Source: an uncultured Thermoplasmata archaeon | Lineage (GTDB): Archaea; Thermoplasmatota; Thermoplasmata; Lutacidiplasmatales; UBA184 | Assembly (NCBI GenBank): GCA_963735185.1 | Contig: CAVTJV010000007.1 | Span: forward strand, 200,566-264,565 | Length of the DNA: 64,000 nucleotides | Direction: 5' to 3' | Shown here: one piece after another, positions 11,561 to 21,520 of the stretch | How positions within the stretch are numbered: position 1 is the stretch's first letter | Layout of the letters: each line of letters opens with the position of its first letter | Made by a program: the position numbers and the translations under genes | Notes under the pieces: model-generated | Database searches by the model: none | What the model saw: only the letters and a program-made list of their open reading frames with translations | What the model was told of the DNA's origin: nothing

Positions 11561-11668
11561 ATGAAACGTTCTTCGCGCGTTTGGAAGAAACGCGGCCACA
11601 TGCGGTGGAAGTGGCGCAAGAAGCGGATGCGCCGGCGCATGAGGGCCCAGAAGATGCGAAAGCAGTAA
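11561..11668 (+). CDS. rpl41e: Ribosomal protein eL41 (L41e/eS32), 35 aa
   Basis: MKRSSRVWKKRGHMRWKWRKKRMRRRMRAQKMRKQ matches the archaeal L41e pattern; GAGGG upstream; below the ORF-track length cutoff. Confidence 0.9.
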   Translation: MKRSSRVWKKRGHMRWKWRKKRMRRRMRAQKMRKQ

Positions 11669-11705
11669 CGGACCCGGGACACCGGGACCGAACCCCTTCC
11701 TGCCC

Positions 11706-11918
11706 CTACCAGGTCACGCGGTCGAGCTTGCGCGCCTGCTTGGTCGCCTTCTTCCACTCTCGGTAGTGGTCTCGGCAGAGCGGCGCCCTTCGGCCCTTCT
11801 CGGGTAGGCTCGAGAACGCTTTCCGAGCTTCGGTGAGCGACAGGTGGCGGACGGACGGCGCGCCACAACCGGGGACGAGGCACGGTTCGCCGTCCGGCGC
11901 GTCCTCGGGGGGCGTCAA
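11706..11918 (-). CDS. Small Cys/His (putative zinc-binding) hypothetical protein
   Basis: CLVPGC...LCRDHYREWKK; start overlaps the sucD stop. Confidence 0.75.
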   Translation of the reverse strand: MTPPEDAPDGEPCLVPGCGAPSVRHLSLTEARKAFSSLPEKGRRAPLCRDHYREWKKATKQARKLDRVTW

Positions 11919-12796
11919 CGGCGGGCGCTCCGGGCTGCCTCAGCGACCATCGCCGGGATCTCGTACGGGAGACGAGCGACCCGCGCCCCGGCCGCCTCGA
12001 GGGCGGCGACCTTGGTCTGGGCCGTGCCCTTCCCGCGGGTGATGATCGCGCCGGCGTGCCCCATCCGCTTCCCCGGAGGGGCGCTCCGTCCCGCGATGTA
12101 GGCGACGACGGGCTTGGTGAAGTGATGTCGGATGTACTCCGCGGCGTCCTCCTCGGCCGTCCCACCGATCTCCCCGACCATCACAAGGGCGTCGGTGTCG
12201 GGGTCGGTTTCGAAGAGAGGGAGCGCGTCGACGAACGTCGTTCCGACGACCGGGTCCCCCCCGAGGCCGATGCACGTGGATTGGCCGAGGCCGGTCTCCT
12301 TGATCCCGTTGACGATCTCGTACGTCAGGGTGCCGCTCCGCGAGATGACGCCGATGCGTCCGGGGCGGAAGACGACGTTCGGGATGATCCCGACCTTCGC
12401 TCCCGTCGGGGAGGCGATCCCCGGGCAGTTCGGGCCGATGATGCGGGCGCCCTTCGCCCGCGCGTAGTGGTACATCACGAGCATGTCGTGGAACGGGACG
12501 TGCTCGGTCACCACCACGCAGAGCCGGATCCCCGCGTCCACCGCCTCGAGCAGCGCGTCCCGCGCGTACGGCGCCGGAACGAAGATGCAGGAAGCGTTCG
12601 CCTGGGTCACCTCCACCGCGTCCCGGACCGAGTCGAAGACGGGGACGCCCTCGACCGCCGTCCCGGCCTTTCCGGGGGTGACCCCGGCGACCACGGCGGT
12701 GCCGAACAGGCGCATCTCGTGGGCGTGGACGGTCCCTTGATGGCCCGTGATCCCCTGGACCACGACCCGCGTGTTCCGGTCCACGAGGACGCTCAT
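11915..12796 (-). CDS. sucD: Succinyl-CoA synthetase alpha subunit
   Basis: [26 protein letters not shown] phospho-His motif. Confidence 0.97.
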   Translation of the reverse strand: MSVLVDRNTRVVVQGITGHQGTVHAHEMRLFGTAVVAGVTPGKAGTAVEGVPVFDSVRDAVEVTQANASCIFVPAPYARDALLEAVDAGIRLCVVVTEHVPFHDMLVMYHYARAKGARIIGPNCPGIASPTGAKVGIIPNVVFRPGRIGVISRSGTLTYEIVNGIKETGLGQSTCIGLGGDPVVGTTFVDALPLFETDPDTDALVMVGEIGGTAEEDAAEYIRHHFTKPVVAYIAGRSAPPGKRMGHAGAIITRGKGTAQTKVAALEAAGARVARLPYEIPAMVAEAARSARR

Positions 12797-13926
12797 GCGC
12801 GCCTCCGTGCGGCGTCGACCGCGGATTGAGCGGAGGCGCGGAGGTCGGAGGTCGAGCTGATCCCCGCCGACCGGAGGATCTCCGTCCCCTCGGCTTCGTT
12901 GTTGCCCCGGATCCTCGCGATGAGCGGGAACCGCTCGTTCGGGGGCACTTGGCGCATCGCCTCGACGAGCCCCTTCGCGACCGAGTCGCAGCGGGTGACC
13001 CCGCCGAAGATGTTGAGGAACACGGCGGCCGGCTTGGCCCGGGCCATGAGCAGGAACGCTTCGGTCACCTTCTTCGGGTCGTCGGTGCCGCCGAGGTCGA
13101 GGAACACCCCCGGGGCCCCGCCGAGCTCCTTCAGGACGTCGAGGGTCGCCATCGTAAGGCCCGCGCCGTTGGCGATCACCCCGATGTTGCCGTCCAGCTG
13201 GACGAACGCGATGTCCTTCTCCCGTGCGATCTCTTCGAGCTCCGTGAGGTCGCCGCGCACCTCGGCGTACTCCGGGTGCCGGAACCCGGCGTCGTCCTCG
13301 ATGATCACTTTCGCGTCGAGCGCGACCAGCCCATCGCCCACCACGGCGAGCGGATTGATCTCCACGAGCTCGGCGTCCTCCTGCTGGAACACCTTCCAGA
13401 GAGCGTCGAGAAGACGGTCGAGCGACCTGGCCTGGGTCCCCGTGAGCCCGAGGACCTTGGCGGCGCGCCGCTTCTCGTAGCTGGTGAGCCCCGGGAACGG
13501 GTCGACCGTCTGGCGGTCGATCTCGGTGTCGACGACCGCCTCGATCTCGACGCCGCCCCTCGCGCTCGCGATGAGCAGGGGGAGCCGTTGCGCCCGGTCC
13601 AGGGTCAACGAGACGTAGAGCTCGCGACCAATCGGCAGCCTTTCTTCGAGCAGCAGCTCACGGACCTTCTCTCCCTTGAACTCCATCCCGAGGATCGCCG
13701 TCGCGGCCTCGCGCGCTTCCTCCGCAGTGGTCGCGAACCGGACCGCGCCCCCCTTGCCCCGGCCCCCCGCCAGGACCTGCGCCTTGATGACGCACGGGAG
13801 AGGGACCTTTCCGTCCCGCACCAGTGCCTCGGCCTCGGCCGGCGAACGGGCGACCTCGCCCCGGGGGAGAGGGATTCCGTACTTGCGGAAGACCTTCTTC
13901 CCTTGCCACTCGGCAAGCTTGACCAT
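12793..13926 (-). CDS. sucC: Succinyl-CoA synthetase beta subunit
   Basis: KAQVLAGGRGKGG, EINPL, NGAGLTMATLD, NIFGG. Confidence 0.97.
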   Translation of the reverse strand: MVKLAEWQGKKVFRKYGIPLPRGEVARSPAEAEALVRDGKVPLPCVIKAQVLAGGRGKGGAVRFATTAEEAREAATAILGMEFKGEKVRELLLEERLPIGRELYVSLTLDRAQRLPLLIASARGGVEIEAVVDTEIDRQTVDPFPGLTSYEKRRAAKVLGLTGTQARSLDRLLDALWKVFQQEDAELVEINPLAVVGDGLVALDAKVIIEDDAGFRHPEYAEVRGDLTELEEIAREKDIAFVQLDGNIGVIANGAGLTMATLDVLKELGGAPGVFLDLGGTDDPKKVTEAFLLMARAKPAAVFLNIFGGVTRCDSVAKGLVEAMRQVPPNERFPLIARIRGNNEAEGTEILRSAGISSTSDLRASAQSAVDAARRRA

Positions 13927-14117
13927 AACGACCCTCGGCGCGCGCATGGGGTCGGTCTATTAAGGGCGGCGGTCGGCGAAGGAGCAGGGCGGGTCCCAGC
14001 GGACCGGACCCGCCTCCCGAGAGGGCTCCGCCGAAAGGTTCCCAGGCCATTCGGTGGGACGGGTTCCGCGGAACCGTGGGAGTTAAGTACTCACTTCCCG
14101 ACGGGCCGCCTCAACCG

Positions 14118-14882
14118 ATGGCGAACTTCCCGGAGCTCGTGGCCCTATCGACCGTGATGGGGCTTTCGATCTTCCTCTCGATGCCCGTCGTCCTGCACAA
14201 GCGGATGGCCTCGAGGACGATCACGATCCTCAATTCGGCGGCGATCGGGATCTTGGTGTTCCTGCTCGCGGACATCTTTTCCGACGCCGCACCGGTCATC
14301 TACTCGAACTCGTCGAACATCTTTGTCGCGAACGCGACCTACGCCCTCGCATTCAGCGTCGCCGTGGCCGGGTGCTATCTTGTCCTCTTCGCGACCGAGC
14401 ACCGTTCGCGCGGCACGAAGGCCACCCCGATGTCCCTCGCGCTCATCGTGGCGCTCGCCATCGGGTTCCAGAACCTCACGGAGGGCCTGGTCTTCGGGGC
14501 TTCGTGGGCCGTTGGCGCGGTCGGACTTTCGACCGTCGTGTTCGTGGGGTTCTTCCTCCAGAACGTCACCGAGGGCTTCCCCATCGCAGCACCGTTGCTC
14601 GGCCAGTCCGACCGGCGCTTGGGCGTGCTCGCGATGTTCTTCCTCATCGGAGGACTGCCGACGATCATCGGGGGAGTCGTCGGGTTCTTCTACAGCAGCA
14701 CCCTTTTCGACCTGGTCTTTGACGCCCTCGCGATCGGAGCCATCCTCTACTCGATCCTTCCCATGCTCCGCACCGCGTTCCGCCCCGCGGTACCCCCGGA
14801 GGCGACGTACACCAAGCAGCGGTTGACGTACCTCGGTATCCTTCTCGGATTCCTTGTGGGATTCCTCGTGAACGCCATCTAG
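14118..14882 (+). CDS. ZIP family metal transporter
   Basis: Multiple TMs with QNLTEG and QNVTEG motifs. Confidence 0.8.
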   Translation: MANFPELVALSTVMGLSIFLSMPVVLHKRMASRTITILNSAAIGILVFLLADIFSDAAPVIYSNSSNIFVANATYALAFSVAVAGCYLVLFATEHRSRGTKATPMSLALIVALAIGFQNLTEGLVFGASWAVGAVGLSTVVFVGFFLQNVTEGFPIAAPLLGQSDRRLGVLAMFFLIGGLPTIIGGVVGFFYSSTLFDLVFDALAIGAILYSILPMLRTAFRPAVPPEATYTKQRLTYLGILLGFLVGFLVNAI

Positions 14883-14933
14883 AGACGCGGATGCGCCCGG
14901 GCGGATCGCCACGGGCCCGCTCTCCGTAGGATG

Positions 14934-16232
14934 TCAGCGGCTCGAGGGCCGGTGGCGCCCGGCGCGTCGGGTCCGGTGGGCCGGGGCCGCGGGCGTCGCC
15001 GAGAGGTTCACGAGGTCGCGGCCGATGTCGTCGAGCAGCTTCCCGGCAAACTCCGCCTTGGGTCCTCGGATCCAGAGGCGGCCGCCCGACGCGGGCAGCA
15101 CGAGCGCGTTCGTCTGGGTGGAACCCATGGTGGCGACGTCGTTCGCGACCACCCAATCGGCGCCGGTCTCGCGGGCGAGGCGACGGCCTTCCTCCTCGAG
15201 CCGGGCGGGGGTGGAGCCGGGCTCCAGCTTGAATGCGACGAGACGGGCGGGCGATGGGGCCATGCGACGGAGCTCGGGCAGCACTTTCGGCGCGCGCCGG
15301 AGGGTCAGGGTCAGATTCTCGTTCTCTCGAGAGGAGATCTTGCCGGGGCGCCGCTCGAGCGTGTAATCCGAAAGCGCCGCGGGGACGATCACCGCCGCGA
15401 CGTCTCGAAGCTCGGAGCGGCGACGACGCGCGAGGGCGAGAAGGTCCTCGACGCTCCTCCAGGGACTCACCGGGATCCACGACGGCACAGGGACCTGCAA
15501 CGCGCCGGCCCAGAGCTCGACCTCCGCGCCACGATAGTACGCCTGGTTCGCGAGCGCGACCGCGGTCGTTCCCGAGCTCTCGTTCGTCACCGAACGGACC
15601 TCGTCGATCGACTCCCGGGCGGCCCCTCCGATGATGACCGCCCGCCGGCCCGCCCACGGGCCGGATCCGAGACGGTGGAGTACGGCCGCCGCCACCTCCT
15701 CCGGCGATGCGATCTTCTCCTCGCCCTCGACGGACGCTCCCTGGACGATCCCGACCCCCCACGCGCGCAGCTTCTCGAGGTTCTCCAGGACGGCCGGGTT
15801 CACCCCCATGTGGCTGTGCATCGCGGGGGCGAGCAGCATCGGCACGCCTCCCCCCAGCGCGACGGAGGCGCAGGAGGTGACGGGGGTATCGTCGATGCCA
15901 TGGGCGATCTTCGAGATCGTGTTCGCGGTCGCCGGCGCGATCAAGTAGAGGTCCGCGCGGCCCGGGCCGGGCCCGAGCAGCGTGACGTGCTCGACGTTCC
16001 CGGTCAGCTGGGTGATCGGAGGATGGCCCGTCGCGAACTCGAGCGTCTCGGGCGTGACGAGTCGCATCGCCTCCGGGCTCATCACCGCCTGCACGTCCGC
16101 GCCATGGCGGATCAGCTCCCGGATGACCTTCGGAAGCTCGATGGCGGCGATCGAGCCCGAGACCCCGACCACGACCCGCCGGCCCGCGAGCAACTGGCTG
16201 GAACGGCCTCGGATCACGTGGCTCGGATGCAT
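14934..16232 (-). CDS. coaBC: Phosphopantothenoylcysteine decarboxylase/ligase
   Basis: GVSGSIAA, APATANTISKIA, PAMH, IDEVRSVTNESSG, PAALSDY. Confidence 0.95.
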   Translation of the reverse strand: MHPSHVIRGRSSQLLAGRRVVVGVSGSIAAIELPKVIRELIRHGADVQAVMSPEAMRLVTPETLEFATGHPPITQLTGNVEHVTLLGPGPGRADLYLIAPATANTISKIAHGIDDTPVTSCASVALGGGVPMLLAPAMHSHMGVNPAVLENLEKLRAWGVGIVQGASVEGEEKIASPEEVAAAVLHRLGSGPWAGRRAVIIGGAARESIDEVRSVTNESSGTTAVALANQAYYRGAEVELWAGALQVPVPSWIPVSPWRSVEDLLALARRRRSELRDVAAVIVPAALSDYTLERRPGKISSRENENLTLTLRRAPKVLPELRRMAPSPARLVAFKLEPGSTPARLEEEGRRLARETGADWVVANDVATMGSTQTNALVLPASGGRLWIRGPKAEFAGKLLDDIGRDLVNLSATPAAPAHRTRRAGRHRPSSR

Positions 16233-16334
16233 GGCAATCCTGGCGGGGGGCGCCGTCCGAACGTGAGGCACAGCGCGCTATTAGCCCGACCGTCCGCGGA
16301 CCACCTTAAAGGGGCCGCCGGGCTGGCCGAGCCG

Positions 16335-17204
16335 ATGCCGGGTCCCGAAACCGGTCTACCCGCGGAGGGAAACGCACGGCCCGACGGCGCCTCCGGCCCC
16401 GTCGCGCTCCCAATGGTGTCGGCGACGAGCCAGTTCGCCGAGGTCTCCCGGCCGGTCCACGGTCCCCGGGAGGTCATCGCTCCCCGCGCCGTGGAGCGGG
16501 GCGTGGTCGTCTTCGACCTCGATGGCACGATCCTCGACGACATCTCCCTCATCAGCCTCGTCGCGGCTGACGTGATGGCCCGTGCGTTCGGCACGCCCGA
16601 AGAGGAGGCGCGGGTGCACTACCTTGCGACGACCGGGATGCCGTTCGAGGCGCAGCTGGCCCAGCTCTACCCGGAGGCTCCCCCGGCGTTGCGCGCGAGC
16701 ACGGCCCGGACGTTCCACCAGCGCAAGGTCACCGAAGCGTACTCCAAGGCTAAGCCGTTCCCCGAGGTTCCGAATCTCCTGAAACGGCTGGACCGAGAAC
16801 GCTGGACGCTCACGGTCGCCACGGGGACGGAGACCGAGATGGCCGACCTCGTCCTCGAACGGGAAGGCCTGAGGTTCTGGTTCGACGAGGTCCTGGGGTC
16901 GGGCGACGGAACGAAGCGCGAGCACCTCGCCGAGTACCGGCGGCGGTACCCGGGGGTTCCGATGTTCCTCGTCGGAGACTCCCGGTTCGATATGGAGGCG
17001 GCGCTCTCGGTCCCGGGTGTGACGCCGGTCGCGAGGGCGTCACGGCTTCCCGGCTGGACGCTGACGCCGGCCGACCTCACGAGATGGGGAGCCGCGTGGG
17101 CGGAGTACACGCTTTCGGAACTGCCGGCCGCGCTCACGAAGCTCGCCGCGAAGCCGCGGACGCCGACGACCCGGAAGGGACCGAGTCGGTCACGATGGTC
17201 GTAG
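16335..17204 (+). CDS. HAD family hydrolase (start uncertain, 16335 or 16413)
   Basis: FDLDGT motif I and VGDSRFD motif IV. Confidence 0.85.
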   Translation: MPGPETGLPAEGNARPDGASGPVALPMVSATSQFAEVSRPVHGPREVIAPRAVERGVVVFDLDGTILDDISLISLVAADVMARAFGTPEEEARVHYLATTGMPFEAQLAQLYPEAPPALRASTARTFHQRKVTEAYSKAKPFPEVPNLLKRLDRERWTLTVATGTETEMADLVLEREGLRFWFDEVLGSGDGTKREHLAEYRRRYPGVPMFLVGDSRFDMEAALSVPGVTPVARASRLPGWTLTPADLTRWGAAWAEYTLSELPAALTKLAAKPRTPTTRKGPSRSRWS

Positions 17205-17312
17205 GGCCGGGACCGAGAGTCTCACGATGCGGGGGTGGGCCCCGCGTCGCTTTGAACCCGGGTCGAGGGATCCACAGTCCCCCAGGATAGGCCAAACTAC
17301 CCCATCCCGGCC
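17205..17312 (-). tRNA. tRNA-His(GUG) with encoded G-1 and a 32-nt intron in the T loop (intron 17219-17250)
   Basis: GCCGGGA/TCCCGGC acceptor stem, C73, anticodon loop CTGTGGA, T stem CCGGG/CTCGG; removing the intron gives T loop TTCAAAT; strict BHB at the junctions. Confidence 0.93.
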
Positions 17313-17396
17313 ACGACCGTTGGACGCCGTGGTCGTAAGAAAAGGTTTCCCCGCTCTGCCCGGGCCAACAGAGGACCCCCGCCGGGCTGGTCCGAC

Positions 17397-18101
17397 TTAC
17401 TTGTAGGCCCACACGACGGCCTGACCGAAGAACCGCCAGGGGACGCCGACGTGCGCGAACCCCGCGCGCTCGAGCGCCGCGACCTCAGCCGAGAGGGTCG
17501 CCGGGTGGTCGAATCGTTCGTGGTCGTGCCAGACCACCTGCGGGCTATTCCATCCGGATGCCTTCTTCCGTCCTCCCACCGAAGCGGACGACGCGATCTG
17601 CGCCCACCGGGTGTCGAACGTCGGGTCCTCCGAGAGGTGGTCGTCCGCGTCGCCGAGGTACCCTCCCTTGGGGAGGCATCGATAGACCCGTCGGAAGAGC
17701 CGCCACTTCTCGGGGTCCGTGAGGTGGTGGACCGCGAGCGCCGAGACGACGGCGTCGTACGGCCGCTGCTCGAACTCCCCGAGGTCGCCCGCGACGAGCT
17801 CCACGCGGTCACGGAACGGACGGAGCTTCGCGCGGGCCCGAGCGATCATCTTGGGGGATAGGTCCACCCCGGTCAACCGAGCGTGCGGGAACTCGCTGAG
17901 GACGAGCGAGCTCAGGGTACCGGTCCCGACTCCGAGCTCGAGGACCTGGAACGCGCGGGTAGGAATGTACGGTATTCCCCCGAGCAGGGTCCGGTGGAGG
18001 TCGCTGTATCCCGGCATCGACGCCCGCGCGGTCCGGTCGTAGTCGGGGGCTTCGCGGTCGAATTCCCGTCGGGAGGAGGAGGTTCGCGAGCGCTGGGTCA
18101 T
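17397..18101 (-). CDS. Class I SAM-dependent methyltransferase
   Basis: LELGVGTG, VDLSPKM, DAVVSALAVHH. Confidence 0.9.
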   Translation of the reverse strand: MTQRSRTSSSRREFDREAPDYDRTARASMPGYSDLHRTLLGGIPYIPTRAFQVLELGVGTGTLSSLVLSEFPHARLTGVDLSPKMIARARAKLRPFRDRVELVAGDLGEFEQRPYDAVVSALAVHHLTDPEKWRLFRRVYRCLPKGGYLGDADDHLSEDPTFDTRWAQIASSASVGGRKKASGWNSPQVVWHDHERFDHPATLSAEVAALERAGFAHVGVPWRFFGQAVVWAYK

Positions 18102-18216
18102 CGTCCGGTCAACCGCTCGAGCGCTTAGGCGTTCGGGATGGGCGTGGCGCCCAGGGTGAGGGGACTACCGTTCCCCCGCTCTCGGTTAAATCCCCCCGAT
18201 GGGGTGGGGTCCCCCG

Positions 18217-18783
18217 ATGGCGTTCGCACCGCTCACCTCCGTCGACCGCACGGCGCTTCGATGGCTACGGGGCCCGGACCCTCCGGTCCACTTCTCCCTC
18301 CTATCGGGAGACTCGACTGCAGCCACCCTCGAGTGGGGCGCGAAGGGGGGGTCGCTCGCTACCGCACGCAGCGCGTCGGCCGAATGGACCCTGAAACGTG
18401 GGGGTTTCCTCAACCCCCACATCACGGTGCGCTCGGTGGAGAGCGTCGTGGCCCGTCTCTCCGTCCACCTCAACCACCATCAGATCGACCTCCCCGGCGG
18501 TCGTTCCTACCGGTTCCATCGGGCCGGCATCCTGGTCCCGGCGTGGCAGGTGTCGTCAACGGCCGGGAAAGAGGTCCTCCACGTTGAGCCCGCCCGGGAG
18601 GGGCGTCACCTTCGAGCGGGGGCGGTCCTCGTGGCGCCCGAGGCGACGGAGCTCCCCGAGCTCCTGCTCCTGATCGTGCTCTCCTGGTACTTCATCGTCC
18701 TCGCCTGGTTCGAGGACGAAGCGGTCGAGACCCTCGCACCGCTCGAAGGGCCCGACTCCCCCGAAGCGTTGGGTTCGTCGTAG
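18217..18783 (+). CDS. Hypothetical protein
   Basis: Coherent ORF with a TTAAAT box at 18186; no motif recognised. Confidence 0.6.
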   Translation: MAFAPLTSVDRTALRWLRGPDPPVHFSLLSGDSTAATLEWGAKGGSLATARSASAEWTLKRGGFLNPHITVRSVESVVARLSVHLNHHQIDLPGGRSYRFHRAGILVPAWQVSSTAGKEVLHVEPAREGRHLRAGAVLVAPEATELPELLLLIVLSWYFIVLAWFEDEAVETLAPLEGPDSPEALGSS

Positions 18784-18801
18784 CGAAGCGACGGCGGTGT
18801 C

Positions 18802-18951
18802 CTACCCTCGAGGGATCGCCTGCTTCTTGAGGTCGGCGAAGCACGCCGAGCAGAGGTTGTGCATCTTCGGCCATCCGTCGACCGGGACCGTGCTGACCCG
18901 AGTGATGGGCTTCTGACAGGCGTCGCACACCATCTGGCCGTCGCGTATCAT
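18802..18951 (-). CDS. Small zinc-finger protein (49 aa)
   Basis: MIRDGQMVCDACQKPI...NLCSACF with two CxxC pairs; own ATG. Confidence 0.65.
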   Translation of the reverse strand: MIRDGQMVCDACQKPITRVSTVPVDGWPKMHNLCSACFADLKKQAIPRG

Positions 18952-19027
18952 GCGGTTCCCACTTCCGCCGGGCAGGCGGACCGCTCCCCACCAAGGGCGC
19001 GGGGTACAAAACGGGTGCTGAGCGCGT

Positions 19028-20088
19028 CTAGGGGCCGGGAACCCGAGCGCCGCGAGAAGGCGCGGGATCATGACCTCGTAGCGAGGCCCTCCATCGCCAT
19101 GGACCCCGTCGAACTCCTCGAAGTCGACGCGCGCCCCGGCACGGCGAGCCGCGTGCGCGAAGATGCGGGCTCCGATGTCGAGCGAATACTCGTCCCGGGT
19201 CCCGCCGTCGACGTAGATGTAGGCGAGCTTCCGGGCCGCGTCGCGGTACCGCTCTTCAGAGACCATGCGTACCGGGTCCCAGGCGAGCCACTTGGCCCAC
19301 ACGTCCGGGCGGATCGCTCCGGTCTCGAGGTCGAAGGGAAGGTCGAACCGTCCGGGCTCCGCGTCGATCGGCGAGTAGCACGACGCGTATCCCATCACCT
19401 CGAGGGCCTGGATCTGGGGTTGGCGCGGCCCGAACCCGCTGACCGGCTCATGGAGAAGCTTCTCGAGGAGCTTCTCGGGGCCGCCGGCCCGGCGGATCTC
19501 TCGGAAGGCGACCGGGAAGTCGGGAGGGTAGCGGTACTCGAAGAAGGAGTCCCCAGCGTTCGACCCGGCGGCCCGGAACACATCGGGGTGCCGCAGCGCG
19601 AGCACCAGCGCGCCGTACCCCCCGCTCGAGGTGCCCAGCACGGCCGTGGGCCCCGTCCGGTACCGCTCCCGAACGAACGGCACGACCTCGTTGACGACGT
19701 AGTCCTCGTACCGACCGGTCGCCGAGGAGTTGAGGTACTGGCTTCCCCCGAGGGTGGTGAGAGCGTCCGGCCCCACCATTACGGCCTCGGGCGCGAGCCT
19801 CCGTCGGATCAGTCGGTCGAGACGGCCCGAGATCGTGTTCCCGAGGTACCTCGGTCGCTGGAAGTGCATCCACCCGGCCCCGGTGTAACCGCTGAGGAGA
19901 ACGAGCAGCGGGAGCCCTTCGGTCCGACCAGATGGGGGCACGTACACGGGGAGGTCGCGTTCCACAGGGTCTCCCCAGGGGTTCCCCTGGAGGACCTGGC
20001 TCGTGAACCGGTGGTTCTCCACCTTGCCCAGGAACAAGCTCGGGAACACTCGGTCGCTCTTCGCCTCGGTCGGGACGCGCCAGGACAT
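19028..20088 (-). CDS. Alpha/beta-hydrolase fold esterase (Fes/enterochelin esterase-like); stop probably lost by a 1-nt deletion
   Basis: GTSSGG nucleophile elbow, GGSQYLNS, EFDGVH; TAG at 19030-19028 is one base out of frame. Confidence 0.8.
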
Positions 20089-20153
20089 CGTGAGCCTCGC
20101 CGACGGGAGGCTCGCCGGGTTCAATACAGCGGGGGTCGTCGCCTCCCTCAGCC

Positions 20154-21029
20154 ATGACAGGGAGGTTGTCGCGTCGACGGTCCGATCCACGGGACGAGGT
20201 GTCGGCGGCGTTCGAGCGGATCCGATCCGACCGAAGCCACGGCGCTCGCGCGCTGGCCGAGGAGGCGCTCGGCGCCATCTCGAAACTCGTCGAAGGGTGG
20301 GGCCGCCGGTCGGAGGTGCTGGACCGTTCTCGCATTCGGCGGGTCGCGCGGGCCCTCGAGGAGGCACAGCCCGCTATGGGTCCGTTCCTGCGCTGGGCAG
20401 AGGAATGGCGCGGGATGGCGAGGACAACCGCCTCGACCACGCGGGTCGGCTCGGCTCGTGCGTGGGTCCGAGGCGAACGGTCGCGGATGGAGGAGGAGAC
20501 ACCCCGCCTGATCCGAACGAGCCGGCGACGGTTCCCGAGGGGCGCCTACCACGTCGTTACCCTTAGCCGGAGCCAAACGGTCCTCCTGGCGCTCTCCGCC
20601 CTTTCGCGGTCGAAGCGTCCGGTCCGGGTTTCGGTCCTCGAGAGCCTCCCCGGAGGGGAGGGACGGCTCTTCGCACGCGACCTCCGTCGGGCCGGTCTAC
20701 CAGCTCGGATGGTCCCGGACCGGGCGGGGCCTGCAGTCGTCGCAACCGCGGACCTCGTGGTCATCGGGGCGGACGCCGTGTTCTCCGATCGTTCCGTGGT
20801 CCACAAGGTAGGAACGAAGGACCTCGCGAGAGCGGCCGCAAGGAACGGAGTGCCGGTCGTTGTGGTCGCCGGTCGTTCGAAGTTCACCGGCTTGCCCGCG
20901 CCGCAACGTCCGCTTCCCATGGGGTTCGACCGGACCCCGTCACGGTACATCTCCGAATTCTGGACTGACGCGGGCGTGCGTGTCGGTGGAGCGGCTCGAC
21001 GCCTCCGACCTCACCGCCGTCCTCTTTAG
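20154..21029 (+). CDS. eIF-2B alpha/beta/delta-like protein (initiation factor 2B / R15P isomerase family)
   Basis: DRSHGA, TLSRSQTV, ESLPGGEG, IGADAV..HKVGT motifs. Confidence 0.8.
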   Translation: MTGRLSRRRSDPRDEVSAAFERIRSDRSHGARALAEEALGAISKLVEGWGRRSEVLDRSRIRRVARALEEAQPAMGPFLRWAEEWRGMARTTASTTRVGSARAWVRGERSRMEEETPRLIRTSRRRFPRGAYHVVTLSRSQTVLLALSALSRSKRPVRVSVLESLPGGEGRLFARDLRRAGLPARMVPDRAGPAVVATADLVVIGADAVFSDRSVVHKVGTKDLARAAARNGVPVVVVAGRSKFTGLPAPQRPLPMGFDRTPSRYISEFWTDAGVRVGGAARRLRPHRRPL

Positions 21030-21091
21030 GAGGCCTCGCTTCGACCCGCGGCGCCCTCGACGGAAACGCGAGGGTCACAGGGCGAGGGACG

Positions 21092-21427
21092 ATGGAGAAA
21101 CTCCAGGCCGATGCGTTCGCCAAGGACCGATTGCTCCGAAAGGGGACGTGGGTCGTCGCCTTTCTCGCGGACTGGTGCCCATTCTGCCGGAGGTTCCTGC
21201 CGGAGTTCTCCGCCCTGGAGGGAGGGAACGAGTTCCGAACCGCCGTGGGGGACGTCACGTCGGAGGAGAGTCCTCTGTGGGAGGACTTCCACGTCGACGT
21301 CGTTCCGACGCTGGTCGTGTTCCGAGACGGGCGCCCGGTGTTCCGGGTCGACGGCATCCTCGGGTCCGGCGCTCCTCCCGGGGGCCTCGAGGCGGCCCGC
21401 TCGGCGGCACTCGCAGCGAAAGGGTAG
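21092..21427 (+). CDS. Thioredoxin family protein
   Basis: ADWCPFC and VVPTL motifs. Confidence 0.9.
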   Translation: MEKLQADAFAKDRLLRKGTWVVAFLADWCPFCRRFLPEFSALEGGNEFRTAVGDVTSEESPLWEDFHVDVVPTLVVFRDGRPVFRVDGILGSGAPPGGLEAARSAALAAKG

Positions 21428-21520
21428 TCCCGGGACGACGACCATCGTGGCCCCCGGTCGGCCAGGAACCGATCGGGTCGCCCGGTTAGGCTCTTAAGGG
21501 GCCCGGTTTCCGTCCTCGTT

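Noticed and set aside
18802-20367. Esterase-zinc finger fusion shown in the ORF track
   Set aside because: One extra C in the run before TAG (19028-19030) ends the esterase normally, and the zinc-finger ORF has its own ATG; probably a homopolymer error
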